Shown in pieces: positions 1-13,160 of a stretch of DNA of 64,000 nucleotides (positions within the stretch are counted from its first letter, which is position 1; each line of letters begins with the position of its first letter). A program made the translations under genes and the position numbers. The notes under the pieces were generated by a model. That model did no database searches, had not been told where the DNA came from, and saw only the letters and a program-made list of their open reading frames with translations. The DNA is taken from positions 250,604,001-250,668,000 of the forward strand of contig NC_083223.1 of NCBI RefSeq assembly GCF_032191835.1. The letters run 5' to 3'. This stretch comes from Heteronotia binoei (Eukaryota).

Positions 1-2319
1 TGGGTCGGCCATAGCTCTCACAGAGCTGTTCTTGAAAGGGTAGCTTCTGGAAGAGCTCTCTCAGCCCCACCTACCATACAGGGTGTCTGTTGGCGGAGGT
101 TTGGGGGGGAAGGTAAAGGATATTGTAAGCCGCTCTGCGGCTCTGAGATTCAGAGTATAGGGTGGGATATAAATCCAATATCTTAACGTATAGCATTGGA
201 AAGAACGTCCAAGGTCATCTAGTCCAACCCTCTGCACAATTTAGGAAATCCACCAATACAACTGAGTCCCTCTTTGCTGAATCTCCCCCCCCCCCCCGCC
301 ATGAGAATAAATGTGTCAAGGTATGGGATTTGAAGCCTGCCCCAAATTCCAGCCCGGAAGCCCCAGCAGCAGCCTTGCCCACAAATGCCATCAAGGGGCA
401 GCCAAATAGAAGTGGCCGATGAACTGAACTGGAAGTTGCTTCATGCAGAGGTCAGGCCATGGGCCCATCTAACTTAGCATCCTCTCCTCTGAAGAGCAGT
501 GGCTTGCCAGGCAGGGTGGGAGAGGTCTTCCCCCAACACCTGCTAGTTTTAGCTGGAGATGCCAAGGACTGAAAATGCAACCTTCTGCATGTTCCACCCT
601 TCAAATTGCCCTGGGAAATTCCCCTGAGCAAGTGACATTCAAATGCATGAGACCTATGCAACAGTATGGGAAATCTGTTATGCCCCTCCCATTCATTTAA
701 GAACATTCCAAGAGCTGTGTTCGATCAAACTCTAGGTCCCCTGGGTCCAACATCCTGTATCTAGCAGTGGCCAGTCAGATGCCCCTGGGAAGGCCACCAT
801 CAGGGCAAGGAGTCACAAGCCATCTCTTATGGCTGCCCACCCCAACAACTGTATTTGTGGTACACTGCTTCTGTACCTGGAAGTTCTACTTAGCCATCAG
901 CCATTTCAATAAGGCTTGTGCATGAGAGAGTTGTGGATTGGGACCTGCACTGATTGAGGAAAGAGGAAGGGGCCATTTAGATTTTCCCTTTTAAGCACCA
1001 GTATGTGTCGGATCAAGCCTGCTTGTGGTTGGAGAGAATACTCTTACCATGCTCAGAAACATGATCAGTAGTGGAGCAGAAATCTGGCAATGAACTCAGC
1101 CTATTGGATTATTTGTTTATTCAATATTTATACCCCACCTTTCCTCTTGGCTCAACCCATAACCAAGTTAACATTCACAGGAGAGATGAAAAGCAGCCTT
1201 CTGGCTGTGTTGCACACTCCATGCCCTCTTTACACCCCTTGCCCTAATTTTCCGGATAGCCTCTGCCTTGCCTCCAAGCACCTTGGCACACCTTTGAAGA
1301 GTCACACCCTGGCCAGCTGTGTGGGTGCTTGCGTCACTTTAACCTACTAGCTGGGTGAGGCATTCAAACAAGCACAGAATTGACCTGCTGTCTGGGAAAG
1401 ATTCACAGATCCCTCCGGCCAGGTAGGAGTGAGGCAGTTCCAATACCCACCCCCAATTCCAGCCCCTTGCACCATCCAGTATGGCCGGCAGCTCAAACTC
1501 CTGGGTTCTCTTGCCAGGGTGGGGGAGGTTATCCAGAGGTTAGAGCAGGTTAGCCGATCCTACTGCTCTGGATCAAGTGGAATCTAGCAGTTAACTGGGG
1601 TGGGGGTGGAGTAGTCAGACTTGCCACCCACCAAAAGGCAACCCAAGTTCCCTGATTCCCCAAGAAAGTCTGGACCTCCCTCCACCCCCACCCCCCGCCT
1701 TGTTTGGGGGGAATCACAGGAGAAGGCTGCTGCCCCAGAGTTTTGCTAGTGAATTTCCAGCATTCTGCTTCCAGCAGTACTGTCAGACTAGGTGGACCTG
1801 ATCCAGCATAGGTAGTTCTGCTGTTCTTAGGGTTCGGCTGAGGCTTCCAGGGGAAGCAAAACGTTTAATGCATGTTTATAAAGCAGGTTTGAAGTACAGA
1901 GAGTATAATCTGGTGGTTGAGAAGACCCAGGTTTAACAATCTCATCCATGAATTTAGGCGATTGCAACTCTCTGCCAGGGTTGAGTCGTCCTCTGTACCA
2001 GAATATGGAAGCCTCCCTTACTGGGCTGTTGTATGGATGGCTGAGGCAGGGCACAGGAAATGCTTTGAATATTTGAGGGCCGCCTTTTAAATGCCAAGCC
2101 TTTATCATCATTAAGTATTCAAAACACTTCATCTGCCTCTCATTCATCCTCACAACAGCCCTGCAGGGTAAGGCTGGGTTCCCAGGGCTGTTTCACAGGA
2201 AGGCAGATGATGAGAAATCCTTGCTGGCACTGAAACTGGATCCAAGGGAAAGAGGAGGGGCACCGCACCCTCTCTGTCTGTGGAGACTGTGACTCTCTTC
2301 GGGCTGACGACTGTTCTGA

Positions 2320-2356
2320 TGAGTCACCATGTTATGACACAGCAGAAAATGACACA
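2320..2356. promoter_or_regulatory. FOSL1 intron-1 AP-1 enhancer (one consensus plus two AP-1-like sites)
   Basis: TGAGTCA 2320-2326, TGACACA 2335-2341 and TGACACA 2350-2356. The rodent fra-1 intron-1 enhancer is described as one consensus plus two AP-1-like elements. Confidence 0.55.
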
Positions 2357-4566
2357 GCACAAAAGTCATAGCCCCTCCCATCCTGTCCTGGACAGATGAC
2401 CCAGGTGTAAAAGAGGGGGAAATCACTTGGGGAAACTCCCCCCCCCCTTAGTATAGAGACTTGATAGAGTACGGGACTTAAATTGACAGCATGTGAATAC
2501 AGAGATCTCTCCAAGCCTTCAATATCCTATATGGCTTTTAAGAAGAGGAAGATTCTCAGAACCTAATGCCCATGTTATATAGTGGTTAGAACAGCCCTTC
2601 TTCACCTTTAACCTACTACCACCCACCACCACCAAGTACACAACATTATCAACTGCTCTCCAAGACACACATTTCAAAAATCACAACATGAAAGCAGCAT
2701 CCCAAACGAGACCATTTTATTTCTATAAGAACACTTATGATATATGCATAAAATCCCAGGCATACATTCAAAGAGAGCCTTCAACCTCTGGGCCAGCAGC
2801 CAGCTCCATAAGGCTACCTTTGATTCCTGTATGTCGTATACCACTTTTTAAAGGGCCAGCAGGAGTAATCTATGATTTTACTCTCCTGATGGGGTGATCA
2901 GCATTAAACAGCTCTCTTCCTCTGGCTGTCAGAACCTATGGAAAGTGAGGAGTGGGCTAATATCCCCAAATGCTCCTCGTTTGCCCCCAAAAGCTTAGAA
3001 TGCCCCCTAACATTAGCCCAGAGGTACAAAAAAGAGAAAGGGGGACAGGCTGTTCTGGGTGACGTATCTCCCACAACTTGGGTCAAACATCCCATTCATT
3101 CTTTATACTGACCAAAAGCAGTTCAAATACCATCTTGAGTACATTAACTCTGGTTCTCACCACACTTCCCTGGAGAAGTAAAGGGCAGCTCTAGGGAGTC
3201 CTCAAACCTCCCACTTCAAAAACTCATTGGTAGGACTCTAGAGCCCTACTACCCAAATTCTCCAGCCACTAGCTCCCTTCTTATTGTACCCCAGGCACCT
3301 TATTTTACTGTTTTAAATTGTCTAAATTGATGTATTTTTAAAGCCATTGTAAATTGATGTATTTTAAAGCCAAACTTTATATGTTGTGAGCCGCCCTGAG
3401 CCGCTTCGGCGGGATATAAATTGAAATAAACTGAAACTGATATTTTTACACATATCTGAAAACACCCAAAGTTAACTGAGCATATTTAAATCTCTCTTCT
3501 GCCTCAGTGTGCTAGGCAGGTTTACAATTAGGAGTAAACCCGTGTGAGCCCGTTGCTCCACTTCCAAAGAATTTGGGCAGCCTAGCTCTCAAAGAAGACA
3601 CATTCCTTCTAACCACTAGATTCTGCTCCCCTCCCAGTAGTCCAGAGGACCAGCTGTTATACTGCACAAGGACTCCTAACCTTCACTGGTCTGCCCCTGC
3701 AGGAGCCAGACCTGGAGTACTATCATCTCCTACTGGCCAGCATTGGTATTATTCTAATAGTTTGCATCACAAGGAAAGGTTTTTTACCTGCAAAGTACCC
3801 CTACCAATGTCTATAGACTATAAGTTTTAGTCACCGTGTGTACTCTGCCTCCATTTTGTCTGATAATAGAAACCTCTTTCCAAAATCAGGGCACACAGCA
3901 AGGGATGACTGTGCCTCTGAGCATGTACAGAATATTATTTTAAAATGCTGTACTGTAATCAAAAGCATTTCATAACTGACAGATGATGTAAAAGGACAGG
4001 CATATAAATGACAGAACAGGAACATAGACTGGCCTATTGAGATAAGTCAGTGTATATCACAGACGTGTAGAGTCATAGAGTTCCAAACGGGCTTCAACAA
4101 CCACCTCTTTTTAAAATTCAGCTGTAAATAGATTACACATTTCCTACCCTGCTGATTCATCCCCCGGACCTCCAATTAGAAAGAAGGGCTCTTGGAAGAA
4201 ATAACGGGGTTTCCAGTAAACCCCAGGACGGTTTAAAAATTAACCATTTCCTCCGATATTTTTCTTTTCTTGTTCTATTCTGGATACTGAACTGTGGAAA
4301 TATTTATTCCGTTATCATCCTTCCCTCAAAAAAGGGGCGGTGCTGGGTCAGGGTGACAGTTCACCCCAAGATGTGTATTCAGCACCACAATGAGCATCGC
4401 TAGAGAAAGCAGACGAAAGTGCCTCTGAGCATGTACAGAGGAGGCCTGAGAGAAAAGCAGGCAGGAGGGGCGGGTTGAGCTTCTAAGCAGCCTTTGATCT
4501 TCAGCACCTCTTATATTAGACAAGAGCGGAACGACCCCTAAACCATCCCCACCCCACCCCGTTTAC

Positions 4567-4665
4567 CTGTTGCGACGCTGGGCGTAAAGCGGGTGCGGGG
4601 CTCTGTAAGCGAGGCCGAGGAGCTCCGGGATCGGGTGGCCTTCCCACTCCGTACTCCTTGAACAT
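4567..4665 (-). CDS. FOSL1: Fos-related antigen 1 (Fra-1), coding exon 1; remainder of gene lies left of the window
   Basis: ATG at 4665-4663 gives MFKEYGVGRPPDPGAPRPRLQSPAPALRPASQQ (33 aa, 99 nt), then a phase-0 donor CAG|GTAAAC. Human FOSL1 exon 1 as I recall it (MFRDFGEPG...AAQQ) has the same length, start and QQ end. The exon is CpG-rich, with an immediate-early-type promoter upstream. Exon 2 was not found in 1-4560. Confidence 0.85.
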
Positions 4666-4989
4666 CTCTGCCCGGGCTCAGCCCAGTCAACTGACTCCCG
4701 CGGTCTGGAGCAAGAGCTTTCAGCGTGCCTAGATTTTATGAATGGGAACTCCCAACCACGTTTACTTTGCTTCGGGAAAGAGGGGGGAGCTATTTCCACG
4801 CTGCCACTCAGCGAGCTGCTTTGAATGGGAAATCCCGCCCCCCAGACTCCAGCGCATGAGCTTGCCTATAAAATGTAAATCCCCGCCCGCACAGCTATAG
4901 ATGCACCAGCGGAGCTTTTAAGCGGGTCGCAGCGAGCGAAGAAACCGCTGACTTCCCTCCCTAAAGCCGCGCTTGGTTCATTCCCTGCA

Positions 4990-5025
4990 TGAATCACGGG
5001 CTATGACGTAGATGCCCTTAAATGG
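4990..5025 (-). promoter_or_regulatory. FOSL1 proximal promoter module: AP-1-like site, ATF/CRE site, CArG box (SRE)
   Basis: TGAATCA 4990-4996, TGACGTAG 5004-5011 and CCTTAAATGG (CC(A/T)6GG) 5016-5025, about 350 bp upstream of the FOSL1 ATG. GC box near 4882. Confidence 0.75.
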
Positions 5026-5207
5026 TATGATTGATTTCTCTTCGACCCGCCTAGAAAAGGATTCCCCGTTCGCTTAGGATTTCACCTGCGTGATAGAAAC
5101 CCAGATTTCCACCCGGAAAGCGGCTGGAGATAAGACGGAAATTGAGCCGAGTAAAAAAAAGTTTCGAGGGACCTTTTAACCTGGAATATATCTGTCTGAG
5201 TCCCCAA

Positions 5208-5427
5208 AGACCTTCCTCCGGGGCGGGGCTTACACCACATCGAGGACAAGGCACTTTGTAGATGCTCGGGAGCGCTTGTAGGGAACTGAACTTTGAAATA
5301 CTGTTGGGAGGGAGAGAGACCTTCCTCGGGGCGGAGCTTGTTGGGCTTACACCACTTCGAGGACAAGGCACTCTGTACATGCTAGGGAGCTCTTGAAGGG
5401 AACTGAATCTTAACCTTGAAACACTAG
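5208..5427. repeat. Two diverged tandem copies of a ~100-bp unit upstream of the FOSL1 promoter
   Basis: agaccttcctc(c)ggggcgg...cttacaccac(a/t)tcgaggacaaggcact...gggaactgaa...ttgaaa(t/c)act at 5208-5303 and 5317-5427. Confidence 0.8.
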
Positions 5428-8014
5428 TGCAGGGAGGTGATGATAGAGGCCGCGAAGCACTAGGATGAAACCGATAGAATCCTCCTCCACCACCGGACCT
5501 CCCGAGCACGTGCTCTTTCTACCGGTTCAGGCCGGGCCAGATGGCGTCCCACATTCTTCACGGGGGTGACTCACCCCCTCGTGGGCAGAAGCAGGGAAAT
5601 CCCCGACAGTTCCCCGTGGGAACAGATCCAAGTTGTAAACCTAGATAGAGCCACGCTCCTGGCCCGACGCCATTAGCCGGGGAAGTGGGGGGGGGGGGAC
5701 AATGTCACCCTCCAAAGGGGTGAGAGCTGTAGACACCTACCCCAGATTTTCTGACTGGAGCCCCTAAGTTCTTTAGTACCTGCTTTCCTTTAGCTCAGCT
5801 CCTACATCTTCAACAGACAAAGGGCATGATACAGCAGTTCAATATCTCTTATGTTCTTATATATAAAAATATGGAGCAGAAGTCCATCAGTGGCTATTAG
5901 CCACAGTGTGTGTGTATGTATAAAATTTTTTGCCACTGTGTGACAGAGTGTTGGACTGGATGGGCCATTGGCCTGATCCAACATGGCTTCTCTTATGTTC
6001 TTATGTTCTTTCCTAGCACAGTGACAAGTGGTGTAAAAAGCTTCCATGTGCTAAGCCTGTGTCTGAGACTGTTGTTAAAAGCACAAGAGCAAGAGTGGTA
6101 AATAAAGTTGGCAGCCCTGTACCGTTCTGGAGAAGTGAGGTTAACTGGGGTTGGGAGCTGCTGGAGTCCAAAGTCAAAGTTCCTCTCTTCTATGGGGAAA
6201 GACAGTGTCTGCCACTAATTTGGGGTGGTGATGTGTGTGTGGATGGAAACCCGAGTACCTTCTCCATCTCTGGGAAGAAGTCTAACCTGAACCTGGAGCC
6301 TGAATAATCTGAAAGCAATGAACAAATGATAGCCCTAAGCAATGAGAAAATGTGGCAGGCATATTTAAAATTCAATTATTGTTTTAATCTCTAACAATGT
6401 GATCAGTAACAATGCAGTACACAGAGCTTTGGAGGGTTCAAAGAGTTTCACCTGCATTCTCAGTAAATTTATAAGATAGGTCAGCATGTTCCCCATATTG
6501 GAGGGGGCTAAGGGGTGTGTCTTGAGACCACCTACAGAGTTCACAGGAGAGACAAGATGCCAAGCAAAACCTTCCTTGTGCATAAATTCTCACTTCCTTA
6601 GCCTCTGCGTCAAATATCATGTTCCTCAGTCACCCTCCAAATGTGGAGGGTATCAGGATTTCCCTTCTCTTTTCTTGTCCTTTGACCCCAAGAATCAGGA
6701 ACAGAAAGTGATTCAAAAGGAAACTGGCTGTTCTGTGATCAGAGAAAGTCACTCCAGCAAGAAAACACAGCTCCAAGGTCCTGCACATGGGCATGAAATA
6801 AATGTCTTCTGTTTATTAAAGCTGCTGAGAGTCAGTTCCTTCAAACTGTTTTCCCATGCCTAGAAAATATCAAGTACTAAGAAGGAACAGAGTACCTCTG
6901 AGCATGTGCAGGGAACCTTTTCCACATCCCTGAGTCATAACTAACCTTCATAGGGAGTGGGGTCTTCTGGCTCAGAGTGTAGGTTTCCCAAAAACTTGAG
7001 TCCCAGAGCCTCTCATTTTAGTAATTTTCTAAAGAGTACAGTAATTCTTATAGTTTGCATACATTTTCAACATTTCTGTCTAGTTTGAAAGGTATGCTAC
7101 CCTTATTTCCATTTTACAGACTGGGGAAACAGGCTGAGTGATGGGAAGAAGAAACAGGTAGGGATACCAAATAGTATGATTATAATCCCAACCCCCTCAG
7201 CCAGTTATAACCATGATGAAGCACAGCCTTCTGTATCTCCTCCAATACACCAGGAGAAGAGGCCAAAAATACTTCACAGTATCTCCCTCTCATAACAATT
7301 ATGGACTGGATTTCTGTGAAAATCCCCAGGGCAGGGCAAAGGGAACCCCCTGACATTCTTTTTGAAACTTCAAGGGTTAATAAGCATCCGAGAGATCCGG
7401 CAGGATGTGAGACACACGAAAAGGATTCTGGTGACTCACTTTGAAGGAAGAGGGGGTTTAAGCCTGCCATGGCCATGGCTTGCCCCCAAATTCTGAACAG
7501 CTCTTGAGGGCACCTATGGGACAAAACACATGGTTAATAGGTTGTATTCAGATGGATAGAGACAGACTTGGGCTTTGACTGAATGAAAAGGAAAAGATGG
7601 GTAATAGGGATGAGAGTAAGAAATGTTGGTTAGCTGAGTAGACCTGTGGTTCCCTTGCTTTGGAATCTCACAGGGAAGGCCCTGTGGTCCCCCATCTAGG
7701 CTGAATAGGGTTTAGCTTTAGCAACAGGGTAGCCCTCGTCTACATGTCTTAGGTTGGGTGAGGGGAGGAGAAAGAAAGAAAGGTGGTCCTCCAGAAAAAT
7801 TACAAAAACTATGGCAAGGCATGACCCCTTAGATGAAAGGCAGGAATGTAAAATAACAAACCACTGGAATAGACTGGTCTCAGCTGGAAACCTATCATGC
7901 AATATGAACTGAAATTTCATGTGTAACATTTCCAGATCTATTTGCAATAGAGTTAACAATAGAGGAACTGGTCATCCGTAATTAACAGAACATGTACAGT
8001 GAAAATATACAGAA

Positions 8015-8437
8015 CAGGGGTGGCCAAAGTTGCTTAACATAAGAGCCACATAGAATAAATGTCAGATGTTTGAGAACCTCAAGACATGAATNNNNNNNNN
8101 NNNNNNNNNNNNNNNNNNNNNNNNNNNNNNNNNNNNNNNNNNNNNNNNNNNNNNNNNNNNNNNNNNNNNNNNNNNNNNNNNNNNNNNNNNNNNNNNNNNN
8201 NNNNNNNNNNNNNNNNNNNNNNNNNNNNNNNNNNNNNNNNNNNNNNNNNNNNNNNNNNNNNNNNNNNNNNNNTGGAAAGAAAGCGGCTCTAACTTTAAAT
8301 GTATTTTCCAAACCGCCAGCTGGCTTGGCTTGGAGAAGCAGTTTAAAGAGAGAAGTGCCCTCTCCAAGCTGGCCGATAGGGTGGTAGGGGCTTCAAGAGC
8401 CACATGTGGCTCCCAAGCTGCAGTTTGACCACCCCTG
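8015..8437. mobile_element. hAT-type MITE (contains an N-gap)
   Basis: TIRs caggggtggccaaa / tttgaccacccctg; perfect 8-bp TSD atacagaa (8007-8014, 8438-8445). Confidence 0.9.
8092..8272. other. Assembly gap (N run)
   Basis: 181 N. Confidence 1.
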
Positions 8438-9850
8438 ATACAGAATAATACATAACAGAACATACACAGTTATGAGTCCACTTGCGGAGAGGGCGGGATA
8501 GAAATTTAAGGTAAATAAAATAAATAAAAATAAGTTAAGAGGAACAGTACCATATGCAGAGATATGGGGTAAAAAATACTTATTTCAGTATCCTTCTGAT
8601 ATCTTCTCCAAAATGAATGAAGACCATAAGACCATGTGCATAGAATCATAACAAAAGTAACCACAGAAGTCATAAGAAAGCCAGATGAAGAAAACATCTC
8701 TTCATAATCTTATGGATGCAAAGGTCAAAAGCAGTCATTAAAAGCCTTACATTATCAACTCACAGCATTTCCTCTTGAGTAAAAAATCAAAATCCAAAAT
8801 GCTGGCTCCACTGCAAAAGAATGTTCCTGTTTTCCCAAGCAAGGTTTACGTGCCCTATGGAAGAGCTGCACAAGTTGAGACTCAGGAGCACATGAGGCTT
8901 CTTTGCCCTGAGTCAGATGTTTTGTCTGTCAAGGTCAGCTTTGTCTGCTTCTGACGAGCAGCACCTCTCCGCTGTCCCAGACAGAGGCCTTTCACATCAC
9001 CTCATACCTGACCCTCTTAAGTGAAGTTCCTGGGGACTGAACCTGGGACCTTCTGCATGCCAAGCTGAGGCTCTACCACTGAGCCACAGCCTCATAAAAT
9101 AAATAGGCTATAATGCAGACTTCTGCCAGAGGTTCTTCCAAAGAAATGAAACTCAGGAAACTTTTTGCATCTGAAGAACTAACAAATATTTATTCTAGCA
9201 TCAGTTTTCATGGACTGCAACTTGCTTTGTCAGATTCATGTAAGCAGGTAGATGCTGGTAACTGTCTCCATCTAATCAAGTGGGTGCACGAAACCTTATG
9301 CCAGAATGAAAACTTGTTTTGTCTTTAAGCTGGCGCAAGATTCCTGTTTATTTGTGCTGCAACCATCAGCCTGACTACCTTTCTGGAATATGTTCCCAGA
9401 AGACTCACCAAAACCCTAGGCCAAGCATCTTCTGGCACCTTTTGTTCATTCTAGGGGTCCCCAACCTTCTTGAACCTGTGGGCACATTTGGAATTCTGAC
9501 ATGGCAATACACAGCAACAAAATGGTGGCCACAGGAGGCAGAGCCAGCCACAGCTTAACCTTAGTAACACAGTGTGGATCCTTGTGCTGTGGTGGCAGCT
9601 GCTGCCAAAGCAGCATTTAAAAAAAAAATCTGCACAGCCAATCAGATCTCCAATAGTCAACCAGAAGCCTTGCTGGGCAAGAGCCCTTCCTACTCCCACA
9701 CACTTCCTAAAAACACTTGGTGGGTGCCATGGTGCCCAAGGGCACTATGTTGGGCACCCTGCCCCTGATCTAACATAGAATCACAGAGCTGGAAGGGGCC
9801 ATACAGGCCATCTAGTCCAACCCCCTACTCAATGTGGGATTAGCCTAGAG

Positions 9851-10171
9851 CAGGGGTGGACAAACTTGCTTAATGTAAGAGCCACATAGAAGAAACACGT
9901 CAGATGTTTTGAGAGCCATAAGACATGAATGCCAGATGTTTAAGAGCTGCAGGACAGGAAGGAAGGACAGCAAATAGATGGGGGAGGGAGGAGAGGTGGA
10001 AATAAAGCAACTTTAAATGCATTCTCTAAGCCGCTAACTGGCTTGGCTTGGATAAGTGATTTAAAGTGTGAAATGCCTTCTCCAAACTGGCTGACAGGTG
10101 GGGGCTTCGAGAGCCACACAATATGTGTGAGTACCACATGTGGCTCCTGAGCCACAGTTTGGCCACCCGTG
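9851..10171. mobile_element. hAT-type MITE, same family as 8015
   Basis: TIR caggggtgg; 8-bp TSD gcctagag. Further copies at about 25790-26070 and 54641-54970. Confidence 0.9.
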
Positions 10172-10179
10172 GCCTAGAG

Positions 10180-10500
10180 CACCCCTGGCAAGTGTTTGTC
10201 CAGCTGCTGCTTCAAGTGAGCGGGAGCTCCCTAGGAAGCTGATTCCACTGTTGAACAACTGTTGAACAACTGTTACTGTAAAAAAGGGTTTTGTTAATAT
10301 CCAGCCGGTACTTTTCTGCCATAAATTCAAACCCATTATTGCGAGTCTTCTCTACTGCCAACAGGAACAGCTCCCTGCCCTCCTCTAAGTGGCAGCCCTT
10401 CAAATACTTCAAGAGAGCAATCATGTCCCCCCTCAACCTCCTCTTCTCCAGAATGAACACTCCCAAATCCCTCAGCCTTTCCCCCATAGGGCTTGGTCTC
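10180..10500 (-). mobile_element. CR1 LINE 3' fragment (ORF2 C-terminus); its 3' end continues near 9775-9850, split by a hAT MITE
   Basis: LEKRRLRGDMIALLKYLKG...WNQLP, the CR1 ORF2 tail. Related ends (agaatcatagag...) occur near 190, 18275, 36520, 37335 and 57577. Confidence 0.85.
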
Positions 10501-11729
10501 CATTCACAAATATTTAAAAACCCTAGTTTCAAGAGAGCTGGTGAAAAGCTATCTGGAACAGAAGTACCTTTGTCAGTGGTTACTTATTTTGGGTGGGGAG
10601 ACAGTTTATCTAGTTGTTTTTTTAAAACTATATTGTCTCCTTCCTCCTGGCTCCATGCCCAGAGATGAGAGACACGTGGGGGTGGGGCGACAGACAAAAA
10701 AGAGTATTTCGAAGGGAGTGGGAATCTTTGAGAGAAACGTTGCAGGCCTAGCTCTCGGATTTCATTCTCACCTCTGCTGAGGGTGTGAGGCAAAGCAAGA
10801 GACCCACTGGCAGGCATGAGGAGTCGCACATGGAAACCAGCCGGCTTCCTATGGTTGCAGCCCAAGAGCCAAGTCTGAGAGGCACTGTCATGAGAAGTGA
10901 GGCCTCCCTATACTTTTCAGGTTAGTCATCCTTCCTCTTCCTTCCAGAGTTTAACTCACGTTTCAAGGATGTCGCTTGGATCTTGGCCTGTTCCCTCAAA
11001 AGCATGTCTGTGGCATGCTACAGTTCAAAGAGCAGGAAGAGAGATCCGGGTGGGGAGGTTACAGAGAGGGAACTGCCACTTGAAACAGAGGATCTTCAAC
11101 AGAGCCTCAATTTTTGCCTCCTTGCTGCTTTCTTCGGCATTGTGTAATGGATACCAGCCTCGCATCAAGAAGGACATGACACAGGCTACCCCTGCTCAGC
11201 TCACAATATAAGGCAAGTTGTTAGTCTCTGTTTCCATGGAAGTAACTCACCCATGGTCAAAATTAATCAGAACTACATGATTAAATCATCTGGGCTAGCA
11301 TAGTGGCTACAGAAGAAATCAGCCAGATGACCCTGGGAAGGTCAGAAGCAGGGCATGAAGATGCCTGTCTTCTTTTGTGGTTCTAATTGTTAATCAAAGA
11401 CATACTTCTCTAAACCGGCTGTTGGTAGACCTGTCCTCCAGCTCCAGGAATGTGCATCATCGTTTTTTTTCAAAGCCATTTCAGCTACTGGCTGTCACAA
11501 ATCGAGGCAGGGAATGCCGTAAATTAACGCCACTGTTTTAACTGTCCTGAACTCACAATTTAGCAGCACTGGGTTCTAAGGAGAGCCATTCCAGTCTAAG
11601 ACAATTCATTTCAATAGTTTTAGACTAGATTAACTCTGACCAGGATTGCACTGCCCTGTCGGTGTTCTAAGATTATGAGTGGGGAACAATTAAGCTCCTA
11701 AAAATGAGAAAAATGGAAGCTGTAAATGG

Positions 11730-12008
11730 GATTGAAGAAGATGAAGATATTGGATTTATATCCCGCCCTCCACTCCGAAGAGTCTCAGAGCGGCTCACAA
11801 TCTCCTTTACCTTCCTCCCCCACAACAGACACCCTGTGAGGTGGGTGGGGCTGGAGAGGGCTCTCACAGCAGCTGCCCTTTCAAGGACAGCTCTGCCAGA
11901 GCTATGGCTGAACCAAGGCCATTCCAGCAGGTGCAGGTGGAGGAGTGGGGAATCAAACCCGGTTCTCCCAGATAAGAGTCCGCACACTTAACCACTACAC
12001 CAAACTGG
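11730..12008 (-). mobile_element. tRNA-headed SINE with (CTT)n-type tail (representative of the most abundant family)
   Basis: Head ccagtttggtgtagtggttaagtgtgcggactc with Pol III A/B boxes. Copies at about 1-182, 12120-12380, 14605-14850, 15390-15690, 16580-16810, 24025-24320, 26480-26860, 28275-28550 and 40665-40950. Confidence 0.85.
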
Positions 12009-12981
12009 GATTGTTTTTGTTTGAGGAAAAGCAACTCTGCATAGGCTCAGAGGCACTTACACTTCCTGGATCAAGGCAGCAAAAAAAGAAGTTTGAGAGC
12101 TAAGATCTTTTTAGAATTAAGAGGAGGAGAGGAGGAGGAGATTGGATTTATACCTTGCCCTTCACTACCCAAGGGAGTCTCAGAGTGTCTTACAATCACC
12201 TTCCCTTTCTTTCCCCACAACAGATATCCTGTGAGATAGGTGGGTCTGAGAGAGTTCTGAGAGAACTGTGACTAGCCCAAGGTCACCCAACTGGCTTCAT
12301 GTGGAGGAGGAGTGCAGAATCAAACCCAGTTCTTCAGATTAGAGTCCCTCACTCTTAATTACTACACCAAACTGGCTCTCCTTGGAAGTAGTGCTGGGCT
12401 TTGGTGTTCTGTTCCCCCACCCCATACTGGCAACAGGTAGTTAATAAGAATTTTACCAGAAGGAGCACTTTTCTGCAACAAATAATCTGTGTACCAGTTT
12501 GCTGATTGGTGTCCCACATTATTTTTCTTTGAAATTAACTCTTGGTATTACTGTCCTTGGGAATACAAGCAGGAGGTAACTCTGGACCAGCAAATGCAGT
12601 GCTGGGTGCAGAAACACACAACTGTTTATCCCCCCCTCCCTTCACAAAGCTCACAGGATGGCTGGTTGGAGCCATATCACTTTCTAAATCTAGCCTACCT
12701 CTCTAGCTTGCTGTGATAAAATAAGGCTATGGTCTATTTTTCAGCTGGATCACTGACCTTTTAACAGCCACCATGCAGGCAGAAATTCTACAGGGGCAGC
12801 ACCTTCCCATGCAGTTGCGGCAGTCAGGAACGCTGCACCTGTTTGGTCTTTGCCAATCATGCAGCTCATAAAGGAGCAGGAGCCCTGCCAGGGTATAAGG
12901 GGACAATCCCTAACGTTGCTTCACCAACTTTACCATTCCCCTTTGCCTGGTCCCTTGGGGGCCCTCAGGCGGCTGCTGCTA

Positions 12982-13160
12982 TGAGTCACCCCCAGTTGCA
13001 GCTCATCCACTTGGCACCTGAGCACCGTCATTCCCATTAGGTGAGTCACTCTCTTGGTGTCAGGACAGTCAATTCTTTCACTTCTTCCTCCTCCCCCCTC
13101 CACCCACCCACTATACCATTGGCAGGGAGGGGGGGAAATGGGGCAAGGAGGACTGAGTCA
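12982..13160. promoter_or_regulatory. AP-1 site cluster, candidate distal enhancer about 8 kb upstream of FOSL1
   Basis: Three exact TGAGTCA at 12982-12988, 13042-13048 and 13154-13160 in non-repeat sequence. Confidence 0.5.

Noticed and set aside
1460-1480. Minus-strand WMVQ motif resembling FOSL1 exon 2 (ELQWMVQP)
   Set aside because: Flanking residues (YWMVQGAGIG) do not match and there is no suitable exon; exon 2 is probably left of the window.
7982-8463. ORFs spanning the N-gap (also 18859-19533)
   Set aside because: Artefacts of translating through Ns and GC-rich promoter sequence.
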